A stretch of DNA of 64,000 nucleotides, taken from positions 32,001 through 96,000 of the forward strand of contig CAWHTE010000003.1 of the NCBI GenBank assembly GCA_963832165.1, given 5' to 3'. Each line of letters opens with the position of its first letter. The stretch's first letter is position 1. The notes under the pieces were generated by a model, which did not search any database, was not told where the DNA came from, and saw only the letters and a program-made list of their open reading frames with translations. Shown here piece after piece: positions 19,839 to 28,650 of this stretch. The stretch is from an uncultured delta proteobacterium. Its GTDB lineage: Bacteria > Myxococcota_A > UBA9160 > SMWR01. Both the position numbers and the translations under genes were made by a program.

Positions 19839-21325
19839 GGGTTCGCGGCGCGGGCGCAAGCAGAGCCTAGCCCCAGAGGGGCGACGGGGCCCAAAAGCGA
19901 CCGGTGCCTCCATTCCGATGAACTGGATTCAAATCCAGCTCGCCGAAAGCGGGCCATGTGTTGCTCTCCGAAGTCCTGTCGTGCGCGCAGCTGATTGTGT
20001 GCCCGGCAGCGCAGCGTGATCTCCCCAACGGAGTGGCTTCTCGCGCGAGACCAGGCTTCGACATGGTCAAGTTCGATGAAGTCCTGCGAATCGCATCGCC
20101 GGTGAACGGCCGGGGAGATCGGTAACAGATTAGCCGGGGACATGGGTGACAGTCTGTTTCTGGCTCTTCTTCCCAACGCATCTTCGATCTTTCCGTGCCG
20201 TTCGTCCATCTGTCCGAGTCGAAGCGGACCGAAGTAGAGGTCCCAGACGCCGTCTCCGACTTCTTCGAGTCCCACGGACTCGCCACCGAGAACGTGACTC
20301 ACGTTGGCCCAGCGGCTCGACCAGCGGATGCCGCCGTTTCGACTCACGAGTCGTCGCTCGAAATGCGGGGGGTACTCGATCTCGGGTAGCCGAGCGGGGA
20401 ACTCGCGCGCAGAACGTTGATAGCGAGAGGCCGGCGTGTCCTGGTCGAGGGCCTCGTGAGGACGCTCTTCGTTGTACTCGGTCCGGAATCCGTTGAAGCG
20501 CCGCTGCTGAGCTCGGCCGCTCGCCGCGGGCGGCCGCGCGGTGTGTCGCTTCAGCGTTCGGTGCATGCGTTCGTGGCGTCCGTTCTGCTCGGGGTGTCCG
20601 GGTTCGATGAGCTCGGGGTAGATGCCGAGTCGGAACCACCAGACCGAGAGCCGACTCAGGCGCCCCAGCGCGATCGTCGCGAACGGGACGCCGTTGTCGG
20701 TTCGAATCACCTGAGGGAGGCCGAACTCGCGGAACAGCCGCCCGAACACGGGCCGGGCGACTTTGTGCGCCGTGGAATCGAGGCCTTGGCACGCCAGCAG
20801 ATATCGGCTGTAGCCGTCGGTGACAGTGAGCGGATAGCAGTAGGTGCCATCGCCCGTCTTGAACTCGCCCTTGTAGTCTGCACACCAGATCTCATTGGGC
20901 GTACTCATCGGCGTCGTCGGTCTTCCGCCGTGACCCGGGTAGCGACGACGCGTGCGGCTCTCGACCAGACCGTTTCGCTTCAACAGATCGCAGACGGTCG
21001 ATCGAGCGGGCCAGCTCGATCGGGGATTTCGACGCTGAAGAACTTGGATCAGCTTCTTCGCGCCCCAGAACGGATGCCGGCGTCGCAACTCGAGAATCGC
21101 CGAAGTCCTGTCGGCATCCGTGGCGAACGGGCTCGAGTGCGGCCGCCGCGAGTGATCTTCGAGTCCCGGCAAGCCCTCGGCTTCGAATCGTCGGATCCAC
21201 TTGTAGCCGGTCTTGCGGCTCACGCCGTACCGGCGGCACAGCTCGCTGATCGAGGATCCGCCTCGGATGTACTCGTTGATGAATAGCCTCTTCTGATCCA
21301 TGGGTGACGTCTCGCTCCACGGCAT
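19835..21325 (-). CDS. IS481-family DDE transposase reading through the IS end into the HNH domain
   Basis: MPWSETSPMDQK, HTH GVSRKTGYKW, WCADYKG, IRTDNGVPF, NGRHERMHRTLK, YNEERPHEAL. No stop codon before the IR. Confidence 0.92.
   Translation of the reverse strand: MPWSETSPMDQKRLFINEYIRGGSSISELCRRYGVSRKTGYKWIRRFEAEGLPGLEDHSRRPHSSPFATDADRTSAILELRRRHPFWGAKKLIQVLQRRNPRSSWPARSTVCDLLKRNGLVESRTRRRYPGHGGRPTTPMSTPNEIWCADYKGEFKTGDGTYCYPLTVTDGYSRYLLACQGLDSTAHKVARPVFGRLFREFGLPQVIRTDNGVPFATIALGRLSRLSVWWFRLGIYPELIEPGHPEQNGRHERMHRTLKRHTARPPAASGRAQQRRFNGFRTEYNEERPHEALDQDTPASRYQRSAREFPARLPEIEYPPHFERRLVSRNGGIRWSSRWANVSHVLGGESVGLEEVGDGVWDLYFGPLRLGQMDERHGKIEDALGRRARNRLSPMSPANLLPISPAVHRRCDSQDFIELDHVEAWSRARSHSVGEITLRCRAHNQLRARQDFGEQHMARFRRAGFESSSSEWRHRSLLGPVAPLGLGSACARAANP
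19921..19938. repeat. Palindromic direct repeat, copy 1 (AACTGGATTCAAATCCAG)
   Basis: Identical 18-mer at 21841-21858; stem CTGGATT/AATCCAG with a 2-nt loop. Confidence 0.9.
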
Positions 21326-21409
21326 CGGGCCCCCCTTCGGGCTCCGAGCGTGCGAAATCTGTTACCCATGTCCCTGGACTGTTCTGTTACCTATGTCCCC
21401 GGGCCGTAC
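20103..21409 (-). mobile_element. IS481-family insertion sequence (~1.3 kb) with CCGG target duplication
   Basis: Imperfect terminal inverted repeats TGAACGGCCGGGGAGATCGGTAACAG / GTACGGCCCGGGGACATAGGTAACAG, each with an internal sub-repeat (GGGACATGGGT(G/A)ACAG). CCGG at 20099-20102 and 21410-21413. Confidence 0.9.
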
Positions 21410-21840
21410 CCGGCCGCTCTCTGACACGTAGGTGCAGCGCCCCCCGTCGCGCTGCCAGATCTCCCGCCGCACCGCGGCGGGAATGTGTCGTGACGGATGC
21501 ACGTTCCGCTTCGCGGAGCGAGGAGATGAGGTCTCGGAGAACTTCTGCTTGCGCACTGCTTGAATCCGTTTGTATGCCACGCCCTCTGCGAAATGAAGCA
21601 CCCGTTGGCAATAGGTGAACATCGAGGAGCAACCCTCCTCGAGGTAGCGCTGCCGTGCGTCGACCTCTGCGAGATGGGCAATGAGCTCGGCTTCGACGGC
21701 ACTGCCGCGGCGGACGAGCCCCGAACCCGGTCGAGCAGCTGGGCATTGGGGAGCCCAGTGAGTGCGTTCGACATGACTTGACCTCACAGGACCACGGGGT
21801 GAGGTCGACACGTAGACTAACACCGGAATAACACATCGTC

Positions 21841-21860
21841 AACTGGATTCAAATCCAGTT
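21841..21860. repeat. Palindromic direct repeat, copy 2 (AACTGGATTCAAATCCAGTT)
   Basis: 9-bp perfect stem AACTGGATT/AATCCAGTT; matches 19921-19938. Confidence 0.9.
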
Positions 21861-21877
21861 GCGTTGGAGTCCGCCGC

Positions 21878-22645
21878 TCAGCTTGCCGGCTTCACGAACT
21901 CGAGCACGAAGCGGTCGCTGGTACCTCGCCGTTCGGCGGCCACGGACGGGGAATCGTTCCAATCGCGCGTATCGCCGGGGTTGCGCAGGAAGTCGGCCTC
22001 GCGGGCGAGCGCGAAGCCCGCCTGCGCGATCTCGTCCTTCACCGTCTGCTCGTCGATGCGGTGCAGGGTCTGCACGTCGGCGAGGCCGGTACCCGCCCTG
22101 GCGCTGTGATCGATCACGGCGAAGACGCCACCGGGCTTCAGCGCCGCGAAGATCGCCTTGTTCATCCTGGCGCGATCGGTCTTCAGCCAGACGGTGTCGT
22201 GGTAGAGGAGGACCAGGAACACGGCGTCGAGACCGCGCGCCTCGGGCGGCAGCGGGTCGTCGAACTCGCGATCGACGCGGACGACCCGCTTCATCACGGG
22301 CTTTGCCAGGCGCTCGGCCCACGGCTTCGCGGCGAACCGCTCGAGGATGAACTTCGGGTTCTGCGCGTAGACGACGCCGGTCGGGCCGACCGCGCGGGCC
22401 AGCAGCTCGGCCGTATAGCCGCCGCCTGCGCCGACCTCCGCCACCTTCATACCGGGAGCCACACGGAAGAACGCCAGCATCTCGGCGGGGTGACGGCCGG
22501 CATCGAGAGCCCGGTCGGCTTCGCTTCGATCGGGCGCCGCGACGATTGCGCGCACCGCATCGGGCACCTCGATGGTCGACGAACAGGCACCGATCCCGAT
22601 CGCTGCGACCACCATCAGCGCCGCGCACGCGAATCGACGATTCAT
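21878..22645 (-). CDS. Predicted class I SAM-dependent methyltransferase with a lipoprotein signal (COG4798-like)
   Basis: Lipobox GIGAC; DAGRHPAEML, VAEVGAGGGY, LKPGG, TSDRFVLEFVKP. Confidence 0.85.
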   Translation of the reverse strand: MNRRFACAALMVVAAIGIGACSSTIEVPDAVRAIVAAPDRSEADRALDAGRHPAEMLAFFRVAPGMKVAEVGAGGGYTAELLARAVGPTGVVYAQNPKFILERFAAKPWAERLAKPVMKRVVRVDREFDDPLPPEARGLDAVFLVLLYHDTVWLKTDRARMNKAIFAALKPGGVFAVIDHSARAGTGLADVQTLHRIDEQTVKDEIAQAGFALAREADFLRNPGDTRDWNDSPSVAAERRGTSDRFVLEFVKPAS

Positions 22646-22679
22646 GGATCCTCCGGATGTGATGTGAGGCGCGGATCCG

Positions 22680-23459
22680 TCAGCGCATCAGCTCGCCCGT
22701 GTTGACGAGCAGGTGCTGGCCCGTGATCGCCTTCGCGCGGTCGGAGCAGAAGAAGATCGCGGCCTCGGCGACCTCGCCGTCCTCGGTCATGCGCCGCAGC
22801 GCGAACTTGCCCGTGATCTCGTTCACGACGTCGTCGAGCGAGCGCTTCTCGTTCTTCGCGCGCGCCGACAGGAACGCCTCGACCGGCGGCCCCCACATCC
22901 AGCTCGGCACCACCATGTTCACGCGCACGTTGTCTGCGCCGAGCTCCTGGGCGAGGTAGTACATCGCGGTGAGCAGCGCGCCCTTCGAGGCGGCATAGCC
23001 GGCCTGCGGCATGGAGGGCAGGAACTGCGACTGCGATCCGATCAGCACGATCGACCCGCCGCCCGCGCGCTTCATCGCCGGGTGCGCTGCGCGCAAGAGC
23101 GTCATCGTGCCGAGCACGTTGGTCTCGAAGCATTTGCGCCAGTTCTCGAGGTCGGCGTCGTGCAGCCCGCCGAACGCGAGCTCGTAGGCGGCCACCTGGA
23201 CCAGCGCATCGACCTTGCCGAACCGCTTCTCGCCGAGCGCGACCAGCGCCTGGCAATCGCCTGCGTCGGAGATGTCGGTGCGGTGCCACGCGACGCGCTT
23301 GCCGGTCGGATCGACCTCCTTCGCGGTCTGCTCGAGCACTCCTTCGGTGCGCGCTGCGAGCAGCACGTTCGCGCCGTCGCGCAGCGCGGCCTCCACCACG
23401 TGTCGGCCCAGGCCTGCGCCCACGCCGGCGACGAGTACGGTCTTGCCTTCGAGAATCAT
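22680..23459 (-). CDS. SDR family oxidoreductase
   Basis: GVGAGLG, YAASK, ITGQHLLVNTG. Confidence 0.9.
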   Translation of the reverse strand: MILEGKTVLVAGVGAGLGRHVVEAALRDGANVLLAARTEGVLEQTAKEVDPTGKRVAWHRTDISDAGDCQALVALGEKRFGKVDALVQVAAYELAFGGLHDADLENWRKCFETNVLGTMTLLRAAHPAMKRAGGGSIVLIGSQSQFLPSMPQAGYAASKGALLTAMYYLAQELGADNVRVNMVVPSWMWGPPVEAFLSARAKNEKRSLDDVVNEITGKFALRRMTEDGEVAEAAIFFCSDRAKAITGQHLLVNTGELMR

Positions 23460-23473
23460 CGCAACTCCTCCAT

Positions 23474-23506
23474 GGCGGGATCCGCCTTCGGCTCCTCCCG
23501 CCCTAC
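23474..23506 (-). repeat. GTAG-type REP element
   Basis: Minus strand GTAGGGCGGGAGGAGCCGAAGGCGGATCCCGCC: GTAG plus a GGCGGGA/TCCCGCC stem. It supplies the TAG stop of the upstream gene. A second copy lies at 26695-26733. Confidence 0.8.
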
Positions 23507-24564
23507 GATCGCATGTTCCCATGACCCGGGATCAACGGTAGATCGAGCGGCGAGAGCAGGCCGGGCTTCGCCGCGCACACGGCCGGAATCGCGTTCACGG
23601 CGCGCATGCCCGTCGCGAGACAGCCCCCCGCGTTCGCGTCGCCGCCCGCGCCCCGGAACGCGGTCTCCTGCACGATGTTCGGGCTGCCCTCGATCACGAT
23701 GCGATAGGCGTCGTTGTCTTCGATCTTCGGGCGCGGCCAGTGCGGCGCAGCGGCCGTGGTGATCCGGTTGGTGTGCTCCACGATGATGCGCGGCTCGCCG
23801 CCGACCCAGCCGCGGATCTCGAAGCGCACCGCGCCGCAGGTTCCGGCCTCGATCACGCCGTGTGGGAAGACGATGCGTTCCGGGGTCTCCCACTTCTCGT
23901 AGATCGTGTCGATCTTGTCGAGCGTGACGCCGATCGCGTCCGCGACCATCGGGATCGTGTGACCCCAGGCGAAGATCAACACCTGCGGATTCTCGAGGAT
24001 CGCTTTCTGCTCGAGCGGCTCGCCGAAGCCCATCGTCGAGTAGTCGCCCGTGTAGGTCGAGTAGTCGAGGATCTCCTGGATCCGCACGCGATCGACGCGC
24101 CCGCACACGCCCATCAGCGTCATCGGGAACAGGTCGTTGGCGAAGCCCGGATCGATCCCCGTGGTGAAGCAGCTCGTGCCGCCTTCGAGGCAGGCCTTCT
24201 CGAGCGGCTCGAGCATGCTCGGCGGACACGACTTCGGATAGACGAAGGGCGTCATCGCGGTCGACACCACGTTCTTGCCCGCGCGCAGCGCGCGCGACAT
24301 GTGATCGATGTTCTGGGCCGCGAGCGCGGCGGTCGGACCGAAGTGCGCGAGCGCCTCGGCGGGCACGGCGAGCGCGGTGTCGATGTCGGTGGTCGCGGTC
24401 ACGCCGATCGGGCCGATCCCCGCGATCTCGCCCGCGTCGCGGCCCTGCTTCGCGGGGTCGTTGACGATGCAGCCCACGATCTCGTAGTCGGGGTGCGCGA
24501 CAAGCTCGCGGATCACCATCTTTCCGACGAAGCCGGTTCCCTGGACGATCACTCTGTAGGTCAC
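23503..24564 (-). CDS. Dihydrodipicolinate reductase-like / NAD(P)H-dependent amine dehydrogenase family protein
   Basis: GTG at 24564; VQGTGFVG, ALRAGKNVVS, TGIDPGFANDL, NAIPAVCAAKPG. Confidence 0.85.
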   Translation of the reverse strand: MTYRVIVQGTGFVGKMVIRELVAHPDYEIVGCIVNDPAKQGRDAGEIAGIGPIGVTATTDIDTALAVPAEALAHFGPTAALAAQNIDHMSRALRAGKNVVSTAMTPFVYPKSCPPSMLEPLEKACLEGGTSCFTTGIDPGFANDLFPMTLMGVCGRVDRVRIQEILDYSTYTGDYSTMGFGEPLEQKAILENPQVLIFAWGHTIPMVADAIGVTLDKIDTIYEKWETPERIVFPHGVIEAGTCGAVRFEIRGWVGGEPRIIVEHTNRITTAAAPHWPRPKIEDNDAYRIVIEGSPNIVQETAFRGAGGDANAGGCLATGMRAVNAIPAVCAAKPGLLSPLDLPLIPGHGNMRS

Positions 24565-24634
24565 GGGGGGTCCCTCTGCGCAGATTCTTTGTGCAGGTGG
24601 CCGCGATGATACGACAGGTGGTCTAGGATCCAGA

Positions 24635-26683
24635 GTGATGCCCGGGTTGCCGTTTCCGTCGCTACGCGCCGTCGCGTTCGCCGCGATCGGGCTCGCGCTC
24701 GCGTGTCGCAGCGAGCCGGTCGCACCGGACGCGGCGACGAAGGCTGCGAAGCAGAATACGGCGGCCGCCTTCGTCCGGATCCCCGCCGTCGCGAACGTGG
24801 CGCTCTCGCCCGATGGCACGCGCCTCGCGGGGATCTCCTCGAACGAAGGCATCCGGGTCGTGTTCGAGACAGCGCGCACGGTCGAGAAGGCCAACTATCT
24901 CACCAAGATCGAGCCCGGCACGCTCGTGACCGCGTTCGGCTGGTCGGGCGATCGCGTGCTCGTGGTCGCCTTCGAGCAGGCCGATTCGCGCGGAGACCGC
25001 GAGCGCGCGAGCCGGCGCTCGCCCGACGGACTGGTCGTGTACGACGTGGAGCGATCGCGGCCGCGCTCCGGGCGCGAGCGCGAGACGCGCATGATCGGGC
25101 TGCGGATCGAGGATTGGCGCGCGGGACCGGTCGGCTCGAGCTGGCCGCTGCTCGTCCACCCGCTCTTGCCGGGCGCTCTGATCCACCTGTCGCCTTCCGA
25201 TCCGGACCACGTGCTGATCAACTGGTGGGATTCGGGCGAAGTCGGTGCGAGCGCAGTGCGCGCGCGCGTGCGCGACGGATTCCCGGACGTGGTCGTTCCC
25301 GCGACACCGGGCGTGAACCTCTGGTACGCCGATCACGAGGGCCGCGTGCGCGCGGGCAGCGGCCGCAGCGAGGACGGCATCACGGGCATCGTGGTCGGGC
25401 GCCGCACGGCCGACGCGCCATTCGTGGAGCTCAGCGACGAGAGCAGCGCTGGGCCTGCGGACTTCGAGTTCGCGGGCTTCGGCCGCGATCCGAACGTCCT
25501 CTATCTCTACTCCGTCGGTGCGACCGGCCGCAGGGAGCTGCTCGCGTACGACCTCGCCAGGAACCGCCGCACCGAGGTCCTCTACGCGGACAAGTCCTAC
25601 GACGTGGGCGCGCTCGTGAGCTCGCCGCGCGACGGTGCGCTGTGGGCGGTCGAGGTCGACGCAGAGAAGCCCGGGCTCCACTTCTTCGACCGCGCCGCGG
25701 AGCGCGAGCAGGCTTCGATCGACGCCGCGCTGCCGGGCGCAACGAACCGGCTCGTGAGCTTCGACCGCGATGCGAAGACTGCGCTCGTCCGCTCGAGCAG
25801 CGACATCAATCCACCGGACTACTACCGCTACGACCGCGATCGCAAGCGTATGGACTTCCTGTTCTCGGCGAATCCCAAGCTCGACCGCAGCCAGCTCGTG
25901 CCGATGAAGCCGGTCCGTTACGCCGCGCGCGACGGACTCTCGATCCCCGCGTATCTCACGCTCCCGCGCGCGGGTGCCAGGAACGTGCCCGCGATCGTGA
26001 TCGTCCACGACGGACCCGGTGAGCGCGTCGACTGGGGCTGGGATCCCGTGGTGCAGTATCTGGCGAGCCGCGGCTTCGCGGTGCTCCAGCCCAACTACCG
26101 CGGCTCGACCGGCTACGGGCGCGAGCACGAGCGGATGGGATATGGACAGTGGGGTCTCGCGATGCAGAACGACCTCGACGACGGCGTGAGCTGGCTCGTC
26201 GACGAGGGCATCGCGAATCCGACGCGCGTGGGCATCTACGGGGTGGGCTACGGCGGCTATGCCGCGCTGCTCGCGGCGGCGAAGTCACCCAATCTGTACC
26301 GCGCCGCAGCCAGCTACGGCGGCGTGACCGATCTCGTCGATCTCCTCGAGGAGCCCGGGCACTATCGCAGCACCGATCTGAACCAGCCCGTCGAGGGCAA
26401 GCTGCCGGGCGATCGCGAGGAGCTCGCGCAGCTCTCGCCGGCGCGGCTCGCCAAGCGGATCCGGATCCCGGTGTTCGTCGGGCACGGCATCTCCGATCCG
26501 GTCGTCGACGTCGCGCAGGCGCACGCGATCGTGGACGCGATCGAGGGCGCGGGCGGTTCCGTCGAGAGCCACCTCTACCGCCACGAGCTGCACGAGCTCA
26601 CGGACGAAGTGAACCGGATCGAGTTCCACGAGAAGCTCGCGGCGTTCTTCGCGCGCCACCTCTCCGCGATCGAATCGCTCTGA
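24635..26683 (+). CDS. S9 prolyl-oligopeptidase-family lipoprotein lacking the canonical nucleophile Ser
   Basis: Beta-propeller plus alpha/beta hydrolase: HDGP, QPNYRGSTGYG, MQNDLDDG, GVGYGG at the GxSxGG position. Confidence 0.85.
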   Translation: MMPGLPFPSLRAVAFAAIGLALACRSEPVAPDAATKAAKQNTAAAFVRIPAVANVALSPDGTRLAGISSNEGIRVVFETARTVEKANYLTKIEPGTLVTAFGWSGDRVLVVAFEQADSRGDRERASRRSPDGLVVYDVERSRPRSGRERETRMIGLRIEDWRAGPVGSSWPLLVHPLLPGALIHLSPSDPDHVLINWWDSGEVGASAVRARVRDGFPDVVVPATPGVNLWYADHEGRVRAGSGRSEDGITGIVVGRRTADAPFVELSDESSAGPADFEFAGFGRDPNVLYLYSVGATGRRELLAYDLARNRRTEVLYADKSYDVGALVSSPRDGALWAVEVDAEKPGLHFFDRAAEREQASIDAALPGATNRLVSFDRDAKTALVRSSSDINPPDYYRYDRDRKRMDFLFSANPKLDRSQLVPMKPVRYAARDGLSIPAYLTLPRAGARNVPAIVIVHDGPGERVDWGWDPVVQYLASRGFAVLQPNYRGSTGYGREHERMGYGQWGLAMQNDLDDGVSWLVDEGIANPTRVGIYGVGYGGYAALLAAAKSPNLYRAAASYGGVTDLVDLLEEPGHYRSTDLNQPVEGKLPGDREELAQLSPARLAKRIRIPVFVGHGISDPVVDVAQAHAIVDAIEGAGGSVESHLYRHELHELTDEVNRIEFHEKLAAFFARHLSAIESL

Positions 26684-26694
26684 GCGCGCGCTAC

Positions 26695-26733
26695 GGCGGG
26701 ATCCGCTCGCTGCGCTCGCTTCTCCCGCCCTAC
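26695..26733 (-). repeat. GTAG-type REP element
   Basis: Minus strand GTAGGGCGGGAGAAGCGAGCGCAGCGAGCGGATCCCGCC; same arms as 23474-23506 with a different loop. Confidence 0.8.
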
Positions 26734-26761
26734 GAGCGCCGTTTGCGCGGGGACGGGGCCG

Positions 26762-26792
26762 TGATATAGTGAAGCGTCGTCACTAAATGACG
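26762..26792 (+). promoter_or_regulatory. Extended -10 element (TGaTATAGT) overlapped by a candidate TetR operator TAGTGA-N7-TCACTA
   Basis: Inverted repeat at 26767-26772/26780-26785, plus CGTCA-N5-TGACG at 26778-26792, immediately before the tetR start. Confidence 0.55.
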
Positions 26793-27484
26793 TGGAGCAG
26801 CGGATGCGCGCGGCCAGGGCGATCGCGACGAAGCGGGGGCGCGGTCGGCCCGCGCGCCTGTCGCGCGAGTCGATCGTCGATGCGGGGCTCGCGCTGCTCG
26901 AAGCGTCGCCCGACGAGCCGCTCAGGCTCCAGCGCGTCGCGCGAGAAGTGGATGCGGTTCCGGCCGCGCTGTACCGACACGTCGGCAGCCTCGACGAGCT
27001 GCTCGACGGCGTTCTCGCGCGCGCGCTCGAGGGCGTGCACTTCGAGATCCGGCGGCGCGCATCGTGGCGCTCGCAGGTGCGCGACTGGATGCGTTGCATG
27101 CGCGCGCACCTGCTGCGCTACCCGGGCGTCGTGCGCCTGCTCGGGCGCCGCGACCGGACGTCGCCGGCGTGGCTCGACGCCTCGAGTGCGCTGATCGACG
27201 TCCTGCAGGGGGCCGGACTGCGCGGCGCAGCCCTCGCGCGCGCCTACTTGTGGGTGGCGGAGGCGACGATGGGCGTCGTGGTCAACGAGGCGAGCATCCC
27301 GTTCGTCGAGCAGATCGAGGCGGCGCGCAACGCGCTCCCCGAGATGACCCCGGAAGCGCGGCAGCGCCACGAAACGGTGTTGCCCCATCTCACGGCGATG
27401 GACGGCGAGGATTTCTTCGAGCTCGTCGCCGACCGGACGATCGCCGCGGTCGCCGAGTGGGTCACAGACGCGAGGAAGCCATGA
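26792..27484 (+). CDS. TetR/AcrR family transcriptional regulator
   Basis: LSRESIVDAGLALL...VAREVDAVPAALYRHVGSLDELL helix-turn-helix. Confidence 0.9.
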   Translation: MEQRMRAARAIATKRGRGRPARLSRESIVDAGLALLEASPDEPLRLQRVAREVDAVPAALYRHVGSLDELLDGVLARALEGVHFEIRRRASWRSQVRDWMRCMRAHLLRYPGVVRLLGRRDRTSPAWLDASSALIDVLQGAGLRGAALARAYLWVAEATMGVVVNEASIPFVEQIEAARNALPEMTPEARQRHETVLPHLTAMDGEDFFELVADRTIAAVAEWVTDARKP

Positions 27485-28650
27485 TCATCGACATCGATTC
27501 CCACTTCGAACCGGGCTCGGACTGGCTCGAGCCCTATCCGGACCTCGCCCGGCGGCTGCCGAAGGTGGATCCCGGGCTGCTCGCCGTGCACACGATCGTG
27601 GGCGACCTCTTGCGCGACGTACCCGAGCGCGAGCGGCCGCCGGTCGCGGACCTCCTGCCGCCGGGACTGCTCACGCTGTTCGGCGACGAGAAGGCCGGCG
27701 AGGCCGCGCGCCGCGCCGAGTTCGCGGGCAAGCAGCAGTTCCAGAAAGCGAACGCGAGCGCGCGCGTTGCGTGGCTGGACGGGCAGGGCATCGCGCTCCA
27801 GAACGTGATCTGTCTGTCCGGCATCGCACAGACGCTGTTCGTCGAGGACCGCGCGCTGCGCCAGGAGACGCTCGCAGCCAGCAACAGCTGGCTCGCGGAC
27901 ACCTGCGACGAGGCGGGCGGGCGCCTGCTGCCCGTGACCGTGCTCGAGTTCGAGGACGTCGACTGGATCGTGCGCGAGCTCACGCGCATGCGCGGACGCG
28001 GCAGCCGGATCTTCCTCGTGCCGGGTTATCCCGTGAACGGCATTCCGCCGAGCCATCCGAGCTGGGACCGCGTGTGGTCGGCGGCCACGGATCTCGGCAT
28101 GGCGCCGATGCTCCACACGGGATTCGAGCACACGCGGATCGATCCGGGCTGGGCCAACGTCGGCGCCGACGTCACGTTCCTGCGCCAGTTCGGCGGCAGC
28201 TTCCGCCACGTCGCCCCGATGACCCTGATCAACTCGATGATCTACAGCGGCGTGTTCGAGCGGCACCCGCGCCTCACGCTGCTGGTCGCAGAGGTCGGCG
28301 TGGGCTGGCTCCCGTTCCTGTACCGCGAGATCGACGACCGCATCTCGCCGACCGCGGAGCTCTTCCTGGGCAGCTGGAAGTACCCGATGAAGCCCTCCGA
28401 GTACCTCGCGCGCAACGTGCGCGGAACGCCGCTCGCGGGCGGCAACGACACGCCGATCGCGAAGATCATCGAAGAGCTGCCCGACGACATGATCGTGTTC
28501 TCGTCCGACTTCCCGCACTTCGAGGGCTTCACCGACCCGATCGGCCACTACGAGAAGGCGCTCGGCGATCTGAAGCCCGAGCGGCGCGAGCGGTTCTTCG
28601 GCGACGCGATCGCCGAGGTGTACGCGCGCATGGGAGATCCGATTCGATGA
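27481..28650 (+). CDS. Amidohydrolase_2 family protein
   Basis: MIIDIDSH, LHTG, GVFERHPRL, FSSDFPHFEG. Confidence 0.9.
   Translation: MIIDIDSHFEPGSDWLEPYPDLARRLPKVDPGLLAVHTIVGDLLRDVPERERPPVADLLPPGLLTLFGDEKAGEAARRAEFAGKQQFQKANASARVAWLDGQGIALQNVICLSGIAQTLFVEDRALRQETLAASNSWLADTCDEAGGRLLPVTVLEFEDVDWIVRELTRMRGRGSRIFLVPGYPVNGIPPSHPSWDRVWSAATDLGMAPMLHTGFEHTRIDPGWANVGADVTFLRQFGGSFRHVAPMTLINSMIYSGVFERHPRLTLLVAEVGVGWLPFLYREIDDRISPTAELFLGSWKYPMKPSEYLARNVRGTPLAGGNDTPIAKIIEELPDDMIVFSSDFPHFEGFTDPIGHYEKALGDLKPERRERFFGDAIAEVYARMGDPIR

Larger units (their letters stand above)
19921..21774 (-). pseudogene. DUF222-like/HNH endonuclease gene, internally shortened, frameshifted near 21720 and interrupted by IS481
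   Basis: N-terminal part: MSNALTGLPNAQLLDRV/LVRRGSAVEAELIAHLAEVDARQRYLEEGCSSMFTYC...SRHIPAAVRREIWQRDGGRCTYVSESGR. C-terminal part after the IS: RCDSQDFIELDHV...LRCRAHNQLRARQDFG. Removing the IS and one CCGG restores ESGRRCDS in frame. Confidence 0.85.

Noticed and set aside
19921..21860. Palindromic repeats as a CRISPR array
   Set aside because: Only two copies, 1.9 kb apart, with no spacers and no cas genes.
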